A stretch of 63,888 nucleotides of DNA from IMG/VR virus record IMGVR_UViG_3300012909_000005, positions 1-63,888 of that record, one strand, 5' to 3'. Shown piece by piece: positions 7,339-16,650 of the stretch. Made by a program: the position numbers and the translations under genes. The notes under the pieces were generated by a model. The model did no database searches. It was not told the origin of the DNA and saw only the letters and a list, made by a program, of their open reading frames with translations. The stretch comes from a virus (taxonomy: Duplodnaviria; Caudoviricetes). Each line of letters begins with the position of its first letter. The first letter of the stretch is position 1.

Positions 7339-8933
7339 ACTTTTTTAAACGCCCTATATCGGGTAGTTGCTGTACAATTACAAGGGTTTGAGGCATTAAC
7401 TGTAATAGTGGCGCTGTCTGCCCATATTCCTAAGTTATTGTCTGTAATTACTTTTTTAAAAACGTATGTCCCGCTTGTAAGTCCAGTTACCCCGGTTGTA
7501 GAACTCGTTGGAGTTGTAAATGTAGCGGTATTGGGGCCACTTTTCTGCGTCCATTGTGTGCTGCTTATGGTAAATCCGTAGCCACCTTGGATAGCTGCTG
7601 TATCATTGCCTCCAATAGTTGTAGAAGTGGTAGTAATTGTTTTGTTACCCCCACAATGGACGGCGGGAAGAGAAAAATCAGAATATGTGCCGGTTGGTGT
7701 ACAAAGTGGGCAATAGTGTTGCGGCCATAGCCGGTCCAATGTATTTGGATAAAGAGATTCGTCATTACTGGCGATATTGATCGACACGAAGGATTTAGAT
7801 CTACCCCAGACATAAAAACTATCATTAACATCATTAGCCCCATTATAAAAAGTAAAAGAGTTTCCCACGCTGGTAAACCTTCCATTTGTCCAATTTATGT
7901 TTCTGGCGATCATCTTAGGAATGTGGCATGTGCCTCCTTGACATTTGTTTGTTGTCCAACTATATGCGCGGGGGCTGAAATTTAGATATGTATACCGGTT
8001 TACAATTTCCGTGCTATCCCCGATCTCACCTTGCGCTCCATCCCCTCCGCCCCATAATTTCCAGGTGGAATCAAACATGTGATATGTGTTCGTATTTGTT
8101 ACAACAGCTCTAAAAGGCATCGTAGTTCCCCATACTGTTTTCAATGCGAAAGGCTCTGTTCGAGAGTTATTATCCCCCACAAAACCAGATTCGCTACCAG
8201 TCCAATATGGGTTTCCTTGTGTGCTATCACCTCCTATGTAGTCGTGTATTAAATAAATGGCGAAATTGTTTTGAGAGGAGGCTATGTCCACACAAAACGA
8301 ATTACTTGGCAATGTTCTTTGCACAAACGACGTACCCGTTCCCGATGGCCTTTGGTAAACCTCTCCTGTGGTTAATAATATCAGCATGCTAGTTCCGCAT
8401 GCCAGCTTCTTTATCTTCTTACCCCCCGGCGCTGTCCATAACAAGTACGGCTGGAATACCCTATTCCCCGTATTGTCGATCCACTTGTATGAATCCGCAT
8501 TGCCAAAGGCGTATACTTTCGTGCTGTCTAATGAGGTCGAGAAGTATGCGCTAAAGTACGAGTACAGCCATTTGTTATCATTGAACTGAGCGCCGGTGGT
8601 ATCTGTGCTGAACCTTGTACACGCTCCTGTCTGAGTGCCGGGGACTTCAACCCAAGGATAATGATTTTGGTCCAAAATAACCGTCCTATTAAATCCTGGG
8701 CATAAATCATATGCCTTTAGACCACCCACCACGTATGGCATAAACACAACGGACGACCCATTATACAGATAGGCCCTAACTACACTGTCCGGGAAATACA
8801 AGTATGCGCACCTGTATTCAGAAGGCGCGGATTTTACCATTATCTGTGCCGCAAAAAACGGTTTCTTAGCCGGTCTCGTAACGAAAACGAACGAGCTAAC
8901 CGCAAAGGCCAATAGTATTATTCCTCTTATCAT
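7335..8933 (-). CDS. Exported protein: RCC1-like beta-propeller segments plus C-terminal PKD/Ig-like domain
   Basis: Signal MIRGIILLAFAVSSFVF; LWGGGDGAQGEIGD (RCC1-like); TQWTQKSGPNTATFTTPTSSTTGVTGLTSGTYVFK..ITDN (PKD-like). Confidence 0.7.
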   Translation of the reverse strand: MIRGIILLAFAVSSFVFVTRPAKKPFFAAQIMVKSAPSEYRCAYLYFPDSVVRAYLYNGSSVVFMPYVVGGLKAYDLCPGFNRTVILDQNHYPWVEVPGTQTGACTRFSTDTTGAQFNDNKWLYSYFSAYFSTSLDSTKVYAFGNADSYKWIDNTGNRVFQPYLLWTAPGGKKIKKLACGTSMLILLTTGEVYQRPSGTGTSFVQRTLPSNSFCVDIASSQNNFAIYLIHDYIGGDSTQGNPYWTGSESGFVGDNNSRTEPFALKTVWGTTMPFRAVVTNTNTYHMFDSTWKLWGGGDGAQGEIGDSTEIVNRYTYLNFSPRAYSWTTNKCQGGTCHIPKMIARNINWTNGRFTSVGNSFTFYNGANDVNDSFYVWGRSKSFVSINIASNDESLYPNTLDRLWPQHYCPLCTPTGTYSDFSLPAVHCGGNKTITTTSTTIGGNDTAAIQGGYGFTISSTQWTQKSGPNTATFTTPTSSTTGVTGLTSGTYVFKKVITDNNLGIWADSATITVNASNPCNCTATTRYRAFKKV

Positions 8934-9910
8934 GGTTTTTGCCAAATTATTGTACAGCTTGAATCTGAATATTTTATCAAAATCCTAACAGGATAGGGAG
9001 GGATGGTAGTGACTGGTGGAATGGTTACAGGAGGAACGACTACAGGAGGCGCTACATTGGAATTCCTTCTAAGTGCCCACATTTGATTCCATGAATTCTG
9101 CGTGGTTGACCAAACCCGTGCGGTCAATGGGAATGGAGTATTCCAAACATTGGTGCTATGGGTCCCTCCGATTATTTCCTTACTAAAGTATCTACCCGGC
9201 TTGGCGTTCGCATTCATTAGCTTATCATATGCTTGGAAGCCAATGGCATTGTCGCCGGGATCATTAGTCCCTATTACATATAACATTGCCAAACCTCTTT
9301 GCGCACAATAAGCTAAGTTTTTACCGAATGCTGCGAAGTTGTCATTCCAACCACCATTAGCCATTGGCATTAAGCCGGTTATGTATTTCATGGTAAACCC
9401 TGTATCTGCCATTCCTAGTGAAAAGGTAGCCGATCCCCCAGCCGACAATCCGCCTGCCCATACGCAATTTGTATCTATCCTATAGTTCTGTAGACAAAAG
9501 GGGATGGTGTATTTTAACTGTGGTTGCGAATAGGAACAATTCCCTCCTGGTTCACTACACTGAGGGCTGATGACAATGAATTTGATGGTATCCTTGGTAA
9601 CTGAATCAATAGCGTATGGCTTTAGTCCCTGAGCGATAAGATAAGGCAATGATGTATTATTTATTTTAGATATGTCTGTCGATGCCTCCCCCGATCCGTG
9701 AAGGAAGAAAAAAACCGGATACCTTTTAGTCGTCTTCCCGTAGTCGTCAGGAAGATAAATAAGCGCCTGTTTAGTTGGTGCGCCGGGAGCAATGGGTATA
9801 GATATTACTTTTTGATTACCCACTGTGGTCCCGGAGGATTTTGTAAATGTCTGGGCCTGAGATATCAAGCTCCCGGCTAGTAATAAAATAGATATTGTGT
9901 GTTTTATCAT
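8930..9910 (-). CDS. Exported alpha/beta-hydrolase (esterase/peptidase)
   Basis: Signal ...ISQA-Q; YLPDDY...YPVFFFLHGSGE; nucleophile GLSAGG; D and H candidates (GTND, GGTH); Pro-rich C-terminal linker. Confidence 0.85.
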   Translation of the reverse strand: MIKHTISILLLAGSLISQAQTFTKSSGTTVGNQKVISIPIAPGAPTKQALIYLPDDYGKTTKRYPVFFFLHGSGEASTDISKINNTSLPYLIAQGLKPYAIDSVTKDTIKFIVISPQCSEPGGNCSYSQPQLKYTIPFCLQNYRIDTNCVWAGGLSAGGSATFSLGMADTGFTMKYITGLMPMANGGWNDNFAAFGKNLAYCAQRGLAMLYVIGTNDPGDNAIGFQAYDKLMNANAKPGRYFSKEIIGGTHSTNVWNTPFPLTARVWSTTQNSWNQMWALRRNSNVAPPVVVPPVTIPPVTTIPPYPVRILIKYSDSSCTIIWQKP

Positions 9911-9925
9911 GCTTTTTTATTTATC

Positions 9926-12900
9926 TTATTGTTCTCGGTACCAACTATTTGTGGCTTTATAAAATTGATATATGACAGCAGGGCCAACAACCCCCGTTGT
10001 TACTGCGGGGTTTTGCACAATTGTTTGTCCAGAATTTGGCGAAATAGTTAAGAGCGTAACTACCGTTCCTGTAGTAACGGTCCCTCCAAAATGTATTTTA
10101 ACTACTGCACCATCGGGAGGATTGGAAGGTAACGTTAGTGTATAAGTGGCAATAGCTGACGGAGGATCAAATATAACATTCGTCAACCCGTTACTCATAG
10201 TCGTGGAACTGCCAGTACTTATGTTTACTGCCCCTTGTATTATTTGCTGGCTAACAGGGTATTGAATACCTTTAAATATCCAGTTTGTACCGTCAGAATA
10301 GATGTCGTATGTCGCTCCATTTACAAGATACCCGATAGCCAATCCAGTTCCGTTTCCATCCTGAATAGACGGACTTGTCGTCCATTTAAATGTGGCCGTG
10401 TTATAGCTAGTCAATGTTAATACTCTGCCAGTAAAGCTAGATGCAGTTGGCAGTGTAGCTACCCTGTCTGCGGTAATAGTAACTAACTTCACAAGACTCT
10501 CTGTCCCGACTGTATAATTAGCATCTGTGGCTGTGCCTATAGTAAAAGTCTGACCTCCTGTAATGTTCAATTGGCCGTTCAAGGTAAGGGCAGGTCCTAA
10601 TGTTTGTGATCCAGATGCCTTTATCATCCCTGGATTAGTAGGATCAGCGGGGCCAAAGGTTATTGTGTTGCTGGATATAGATGCCCCATTTGCTATAGAA
10701 CTACCAGAGAATGCACCTACTGTGGTTACTCCTGACCCGCCGCCGCTTGGCTGCAATATTTTAACCAGCGTATCTATTCCAGATGCCGAAGTCCTTATAG
10801 CTAATACCGAATCCGATGCCGTTCCTTGGGCTAATGCAGCAGACGGAAGAGTAAACCCAGTCATGTGTCTCCATCCCCAAGAACCAGCGCTATTGACTTG
10901 AACAGAGCCGTATAATGTAGAAGTATTTTCAAGGGTTAATTGTGCTTGGGTAGTGGACAATGCCTGTATCAGACCATTGCTATTATCTGTTTTTGATGCT
11001 GCCACAATAAGATTACCGGCTGTACTTATAGACATAGCTTGGGAGGACGACCCGGCAGATCCGTGCGATGTCTGAAAGTCTATTGCCCCCAAGCTATAGG
11101 CATTCTTTAGTTCTGTCATACCGGATACGTTGGGCGCAATGCTGCCAAATTGATTTGAGGCGCTACCGGCAAGTACACGGGCACCATATTTCAGCTCAAT
11201 ATCCCCAACGATGGGGGTGCCATAAGTTGGGTTGCCATTATCGGTACTTATCCATCCCCCTGACGTAATACTAAATGATTGCACTTGCGTCCCAGTAGAA
11301 CCCCCAGCCGGAGTATAAAAGGCCCATGCGTTAGTAGATCCACCATTGGAAAAATAATTCCTAAATTCCCCTATCAATCCGGTTGTAATGCCAAATGATG
11401 CCGTGTTGGTTGTTCCGGCGGCTGAGCTTACCCATCTATTCCCAGCCTTAACAATAAGGTCACCCGCCGCTGCCGCGCCTGTTCCCGTTGCCACTAGCGG
11501 AGACGAGCCAAGGAGCGTCCATAGATTAGTGGTGTCATAATTTATATTTGCTGCTCCGTAGAAACCAGACCCACTCTTCACTTGTATGTTTTGATTGGAG
11601 CCGCCAGGAGACCCTGCACCAGGGGGCACAACTGCCGTTGTATCCGTCCATACTACTGCGGTCCCATTCCAGATGGGTCGCATGTTTGCATGTGCGGGTG
11701 TGGCCGTTGCTGTCGCCACGCCTGCGACTCCACCATATATCATCTGCCCAGCAGCAGACATCGGGTTCGCAAACCCTCCGCTGCTGGAAAGGAGATCATA
11801 GTCTGTAGACCCATCATGATACCACAAATGGCCAGTTTCCGCAGCCAATGCCCCCTGTCCCATGGAAGTAGGCTTGGTTCCTGCTGGCAGCACAATGGAT
11901 GGAGTGGCAGATGTTGGTGTAAAGAAAGTAGATGATCCGTTCGAATTTAAGGTAAGGGCTGTATTTGTGGACGCATTTACGCGAAAAGTTAATCCGGTAG
12001 AGGCCGTTGTCTGATCGATAAAACCGCTTAACAATCTAGTAGATCCAGCCCATAAAGCTCCTGTAACACTGGCTATTCCAGCCACATTAAACTGCGCGCT
12101 ATTAGTTTGCACCCCACTTCCCACTACTAAATAGCTGCCTTGAAATTGAAGGTTTAAAGGCAGCGGAGTACCGGTTGTTCTATTGTATGCGGCAAGATAT
12201 CCTTGATGGCTCGTTGGGTTGAACTGCATTTCCGTAGCCTCGCCAGATAGCGGCATACCAGCGATACCAGCAGCGGGTATAGTATTAGTAACCCTAAGGA
12301 ATCCAGGCGCTAACCATCCTGCTGTAATTCCTTGGCTAGTATTACCAATGAAAGGTTGTGCTTGTAATGGGCTGTTCATTAGAAAGCAATTAGTACATCC
12401 TTTAAGACGACTAATTGAATCAATAACAACGGAGGTGTAGTTAGAGGTGTTGGATGGTATTGTAAGATGCAATCTCGCCGAATCGAGGTCAGTAATGCCA
12501 TTCACGGCCAGTTGCTGCCCAATGTTCTTAATGTCGTACCCAAGTTGGGCTATAGCGTAATTGGCCTCATATCCATATGCCGGATCATTTTCATGGATTG
12601 AGTCAGCACTAAGATGTAGTGCTGGATTACTATAGGCGACAAAGTTGGCATACTGATCAATAAACCCGATGCTATACTCAATGGACAGTTTTTTAAGGGC
12701 ATCATCGAATAGTACGCACCTTGCGGCATTTGCCGCCGCAGGCAGAGAGTATACTACAGAATCGGTATTCCATGCACTTTGCCCTTCTGGTCCATCAGAA
12801 GAAAGATAAATTAAGGATAATGGCCATCCTTTCCGTATAGCCGCATTCAGCCATAATCTAAGAGCAGATTTATAGGCCACAGTATCGTAATTTGTTGCGG

Positions 12901-15244
12901 AGTAAGCGATGTCATTTTTAAACCATGATTCGATTAAATACCTATGCTTCCCGGCAACATATGTCGGTATTTTGGTGGTATCTCCGAGTCCCGTAGTAAC
13001 CGCACCGAAGGGGTTGAAAGGACTCTGATTAATAATCATTTGAGAATTAACCCCAAGGTTCTTTTCAATGGCCCCCAAACGCTGAGACACCTTCGTACTC
13101 CACCTCATATTAGCAGAGGACGCCCCAACTCCTACTACAGTCGAAGGTCCGAAGAAAACAATTGTATCGATGCCCGGAGGGCCATTACTCATTCCTATGT
13201 GTAAGCTATCTGCTTTTAATAAGCCACCTTTGTGGTAAAGCGAAAATCCGGCATGAAGGATGCTATCCGAATTTGCAAGAGTTCTGCCCGTTGTTAAAGT
13301 TTGTTGAAAGGTTTGTGAACCGCCGCCGCCAGATGTTGAATCCACCCAGATTATGGCTCCGCTGGCCCCGCTAGTTAATTTCATCCCCGCGTGTGCCGCC
13401 ACTGCAAGGCGACCATAAGTACCTCCTACCTGATAGATCATATCTCCATTAGTGGTCATGGGGTTGGTAAATGTTCCTCCTGATGCATTAACTGTTATAG
13501 AGCTATCCGAATTTTTAGTTAAGGTGATATTTGTCCCCGCAACTAAGTTATTTAGATAGAACGTATCGTTTGATATGTTCCCCAATTGGACCCCTGTTCC
13601 TGAAACTCTGTTTTTTACGAATAGGGTGTCTGGCGCTAATGCCGCTGGATTTCCTGACCCATCCCATCCTTGAATATAATTAGCTGTGTTCGTAGCTTGG
13701 GTAGCCAATGTAACTTTCCCGAACGCTGGGGCCGCACTTGATCCTGTGAAATTGCCAAAAACTGTGTTTGCAGCAGCATTACTAAGAGTGAAGACTGCTG
13801 AAGCGCTTGTAGTAGGATTGGTAACAACCGTTGTGAACAAAGGAGATAGATTCCCTATAGCTACATTGGTAACCGTCCCCGAACCGCCCCCGCCCGGAGG
13901 TGCAGCCCAAGTTCCGTCCGCCCTCAAAAAGTTAGTCGTCCCACCACCTGATGCAGGAGCTAACCCTTGCAAAGATGTTGTGAAAACATTTAGATCAGCC
14001 GTTACTTGTGTTGGTGTTAGGTAAGACGGAGTAGTCCCAGATAATTTTAAATACCCCGTACCACTCAGTGATGCTTGTTTACCAGCGAGATCAGATACAA
14101 GGTTAGTAACTTGGCTTTCTCCTATTTGTATCGCCACTGAGGACGCGGCCGTTGTTAACCCTTTCGCGTTGGTAGTAAATTGAGCTACCGAACTAGCACT
14201 TCCAAATGTCCCCACATTGCTATTGACGGTTGCAAGGGTGAATGGAACAATTCCAGATCCCGATGCTGTCCCGTCCCCTGTCAATCCAGTTATTCCGGTT
14301 CCTGTACCATTTGGCGATAAATACCATTTATGATTCGTGCTATCAAATGCCAACACATAGCCATTTCTATTTGAACTTGTATCTACGAATAGATGTTTGA
14401 TTGAATCCGCACTCCCATTTCCCCCTACGCCAGCGGGATATTGAGGGATATTAAGAACATTTCCTATGAAAGTGGCCGGTCCGGAAGTTCCAGCGGTAGT
14501 CAAAGTAATTGCGCCTTGCTTATTGTTAAAGGTATTCCAGTCGATTGAAGATATTTTGCCTGTTGTCCCGGGTCCGCCGACCGGAATATTAAAAGTAAAA
14601 TTGCTCCCTAATGCTGCTGGGGTCCCAGACACATTTACATCAGTCCCGGATACTCCCAATGTAATTCCTATAGAAGAATTATTGAGGGCAGAGTTGGGAA
14701 TATTTATAAGCGTGTTATTAGATCCTGAAATAGTCTTGTTTGTAAGAGTGACTGCCGCGCTATTTTTTGTGGCATCAGAAGTATTGTCTACGTTATTGAT
14801 CAGCAGATTTGCTTTGGCAGTCGAAATACTTAGAAGATCAGAAAGATTGTTCGCCGCCAATAAGAATCCGCTGGCAACTACCGTATCTGTAGGAAATTTT
14901 ACTAAGTTAGAATCGGCTAATCCATTTCTAAACCAATATAAATTTCGGATACCCCCGATAAATACCCCACTCCCATTTAATGTACCCCCTTGGTGAACGC
15001 AAATGAGAGCCGCCCCAAACCTACTAGCTTGCGAAGTGAAGTTGGCTAACACTTCAGACGTATTTTGAAAATCTCTGTATATGAAAAGAGAAGTATCGTA
15101 ATACATTGTCCGCCCATTCAGGGGGGTTTTTAAAGTTGGGAATATTGCATCGCTGGCTATTATGTGCTTTATGGGTTGATATCCCTGAGAAAAAATAAGG
15201 GTGCTAATAAAACAAAGCGCCAATATAGATAGTAGTTTTTTCAT
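9926..15244 (-). CDS. 1772-aa tail-fibre/adhesin-like protein with N-terminal signal peptide and internal SGNH-hydrolase-like domain
   Basis: Fibre-type motifs NVDNTSDATK, DWNTFNNKQ, VTNLVSDLAGK, FLRADGTWAAP, NPMTTNGDMIY; G/S/T-rich; FFGPST...ND...DSIH; N-terminus MKKLLSILALCFISTLIFS-Q. Confidence 0.8.
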   Translation of the reverse strand: MKKLLSILALCFISTLIFSQGYQPIKHIIASDAIFPTLKTPLNGRTMYYDTSLFIYRDFQNTSEVLANFTSQASRFGAALICVHQGGTLNGSGVFIGGIRNLYWFRNGLADSNLVKFPTDTVVASGFLLAANNLSDLLSISTAKANLLINNVDNTSDATKNSAAVTLTNKTISGSNNTLINIPNSALNNSSIGITLGVSGTDVNVSGTPAALGSNFTFNIPVGGPGTTGKISSIDWNTFNNKQGAITLTTAGTSGPATFIGNVLNIPQYPAGVGGNGSADSIKHLFVDTSSNRNGYVLAFDSTNHKWYLSPNGTGTGITGLTGDGTASGSGIVPFTLATVNSNVGTFGSASSVAQFTTNAKGLTTAASSVAIQIGESQVTNLVSDLAGKQASLSGTGYLKLSGTTPSYLTPTQVTADLNVFTTSLQGLAPASGGGTTNFLRADGTWAAPPGGGGSGTVTNVAIGNLSPLFTTVVTNPTTSASAVFTLSNAAANTVFGNFTGSSAAPAFGKVTLATQATNTANYIQGWDGSGNPAALAPDTLFVKNRVSGTGVQLGNISNDTFYLNNLVAGTNITLTKNSDSSITVNASGGTFTNPMTTNGDMIYQVGGTYGRLAVAAHAGMKLTSGASGAIIWVDSTSGGGGSQTFQQTLTTGRTLANSDSILHAGFSLYHKGGLLKADSLHIGMSNGPPGIDTIVFFGPSTVVGVGASSANMRWSTKVSQRLGAIEKNLGVNSQMIINQSPFNPFGAVTTGLGDTTKIPTYVAGKHRYLIESWFKNDIAYSATNYDTVAYKSALRLWLNAAIRKGWPLSLIYLSSDGPEGQSAWNTDSVVYSLPAAANAARCVLFDDALKKLSIEYSIGFIDQYANFVAYSNPALHLSADSIHENDPAYGYEANYAIAQLGYDIKNIGQQLAVNGITDLDSARLHLTIPSNTSNYTSVVIDSISRLKGCTNCFLMNSPLQAQPFIGNTSQGITAGWLAPGFLRVTNTIPAAGIAGMPLSGEATEMQFNPTSHQGYLAAYNRTTGTPLPLNLQFQGSYLVVGSGVQTNSAQFNVAGIASVTGALWAGSTRLLSGFIDQTTASTGLTFRVNASTNTALTLNSNGSSTFFTPTSATPSIVLPAGTKPTSMGQGALAAETGHLWYHDGSTDYDLLSSSGGFANPMSAAGQMIYGGVAGVATATATPAHANMRPIWNGTAVVWTDTTAVVPPGAGSPGGSNQNIQVKSGSGFYGAANINYDTTNLWTLLGSSPLVATGTGAAAAGDLIVKAGNRWVSSAAGTTNTASFGITTGLIGEFRNYFSNGGSTNAWAFYTPAGGSTGTQVQSFSITSGGWISTDNGNPTYGTPIVGDIELKYGARVLAGSASNQFGSIAPNVSGMTELKNAYSLGAIDFQTSHGSAGSSSQAMSISTAGNLIVAASKTDNSNGLIQALSTTQAQLTLENTSTLYGSVQVNSAGSWGWRHMTGFTLPSAALAQGTASDSVLAIRTSASGIDTLVKILQPSGGGSGVTTVGAFSGSSIANGASISSNTITFGPADPTNPGMIKASGSQTLGPALTLNGQLNITGGQTFTIGTATDANYTVGTESLVKLVTITADRVATLPTASSFTGRVLTLTSYNTATFKWTTSPSIQDGNGTGLAIGYLVNGATYDIYSDGTNWIFKGIQYPVSQQIIQGAVNISTGSSTTMSNGLTNVIFDPPSAIATYTLTLPSNPPDGAVVKIHFGGTVTTGTVVTLLTISPNSGQTIVQNPAVTTGVVGPAVIYQFYKATNSWYREQ

Positions 15245-16110
15245 CAGTTGAATGTAATGAGGTTTGAGTTATTTACCGTAAAGGCATTACCCGAACGGGA
15301 GAATATGTATTTCCAAGTTGTTATAGTCGTTGCATTAAAGGCAAATCCTGGGATGCCAGCTGCGTCAATAGGAGGGTTATTATATCCCGTCTTGGTCGGC
15401 TCTGTGGACGGATACTTTATGACAATGAATTCATCAACTACCGGACCGGTAAATTGAACAGATAAAGGCTGCCCTGTGGTTATCGGGAACGTAAATTGGA
15501 ATGGAACTGCATCCGTGCCGCCCTGCAATGCCGCGCTATAATCTGCACCTCCCGCATAAGCATACCCAATAATATTGGCCGTTACGGTTAGGGTAGCCAT
15601 CCCGCTAACGGTAGTTCCCGCTACACTTGTCGCCTTGAAATAAAACGTCTTCCCGGAGTCCCCGGACTGGGCATTATAAAAAACATAGATATTCGAAGTT
15701 TGCCCTACTATTGGATTCCCAAGATAGTCATACCATTGCCCAACATACAGCAAAGAACTTGTTACCACTACCATAAAAGTAGCATTCGATCCTTGATTTA
15801 CGGACTGATTCGCCGGTCCTGTAATTACAGGAGGCCCGGCAGCCAAGTTATTAAGAATGTTCTGCGCCTGACTTAGGTATTTACCACAAAGGGATAGAAC
15901 ATATTCAGCCGTTTTTCGGAGGGTTGATCCGCCCGGGTTTAAAGTGTACATGTTCTCCAATAAATACCCTTCCATGTAGAGAAGTCCGGGCAAGTTCTCG
16001 TTTATGGAACCACTTCTAAGAGCCGTTTTAGATGCAATATCATTCCCTGCGAGATATTGGCTTATCTGCGCGAAGGTTATGATTTGTTGTATGGTAAAGA
16101 GACTAGCCAT
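15244..16110 (-). CDS. Virion protein with central immunoglobulin (I-set-like) domain
   Basis: PPVITGPANQSVNQGSNATF...QW...DSGKTFYFKATSVAGTTVS..ATLTV; no signal peptide. Confidence 0.7.
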   Translation of the reverse strand: MASLFTIQQIITFAQISQYLAGNDIASKTALRSGSINENLPGLLYMEGYLLENMYTLNPGGSTLRKTAEYVLSLCGKYLSQAQNILNNLAAGPPVITGPANQSVNQGSNATFMVVVTSSLLYVGQWYDYLGNPIVGQTSNIYVFYNAQSGDSGKTFYFKATSVAGTTVSGMATLTVTANIIGYAYAGGADYSAALQGGTDAVPFQFTFPITTGQPLSVQFTGPVVDEFIVIKYPSTEPTKTGYNNPPIDAAGIPGFAFNATTITTWKYIFSRSGNAFTVNNSNLITFN

Positions 16111-16610
16111 TAGAAGTACTTATTTTGGTTAGCGATAAGGGCATTATATCTCAGGATACAACTTTGGGCGGCTGAAACTGACTTCCCTATAGATATAGCA
16201 TTTATGGCGCTTTGTATCTCAGTGAATACCTCATACTTGTTTTGCATGAAGTTTTGATCGTTTCGGATACTGGGATCGGCTATTTGATCTTGGGTTAGTC
16301 CTTCTAAAAACTGAAGCCCATATTGGTTAAATGAAGCTATGATACTGGTAGTGTATAATACAACGCCTACAGAGTTCAACCAGTTGAGTGTGATGGTAAG
16401 GGCGGCATCTTGGGTCAATGGGCTGACGGTGATTGATGCCCCTGGAACAGGAAAATCATAAGGAGAATTACCCAAGGAAGTGCTATCCGTTTGGGTAAAG
16501 ATTATCTGCCGGTCAGTAATATCTATATCCGACCCCGTTGAAGTATCGGTAACTAATATGGACGACGGGTCCGAAGTCCCAATGGCGGTAAAACTAGGAA
16601 TAATAGGCAT
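16110..16610 (-). CDS. Putative tail/fibre-attachment structural protein
   Basis: Beta-rich N-half, helical C-half; coupled to downstream gene; tail region. Confidence 0.55.
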   Translation of the reverse strand: MPIIPSFTAIGTSDPSSILVTDTSTGSDIDITDRQIIFTQTDSTSLGNSPYDFPVPGASITVSPLTQDAALTITLNWLNSVGVVLYTTSIIASFNQYGLQFLEGLTQDQIADPSIRNDQNFMQNKYEVFTEIQSAINAISIGKSVSAAQSCILRYNALIANQNKYF

Positions 16611-16650
16611 CGTATTTCAGTTATATAAAAATAAGTTAATTATATGATTT

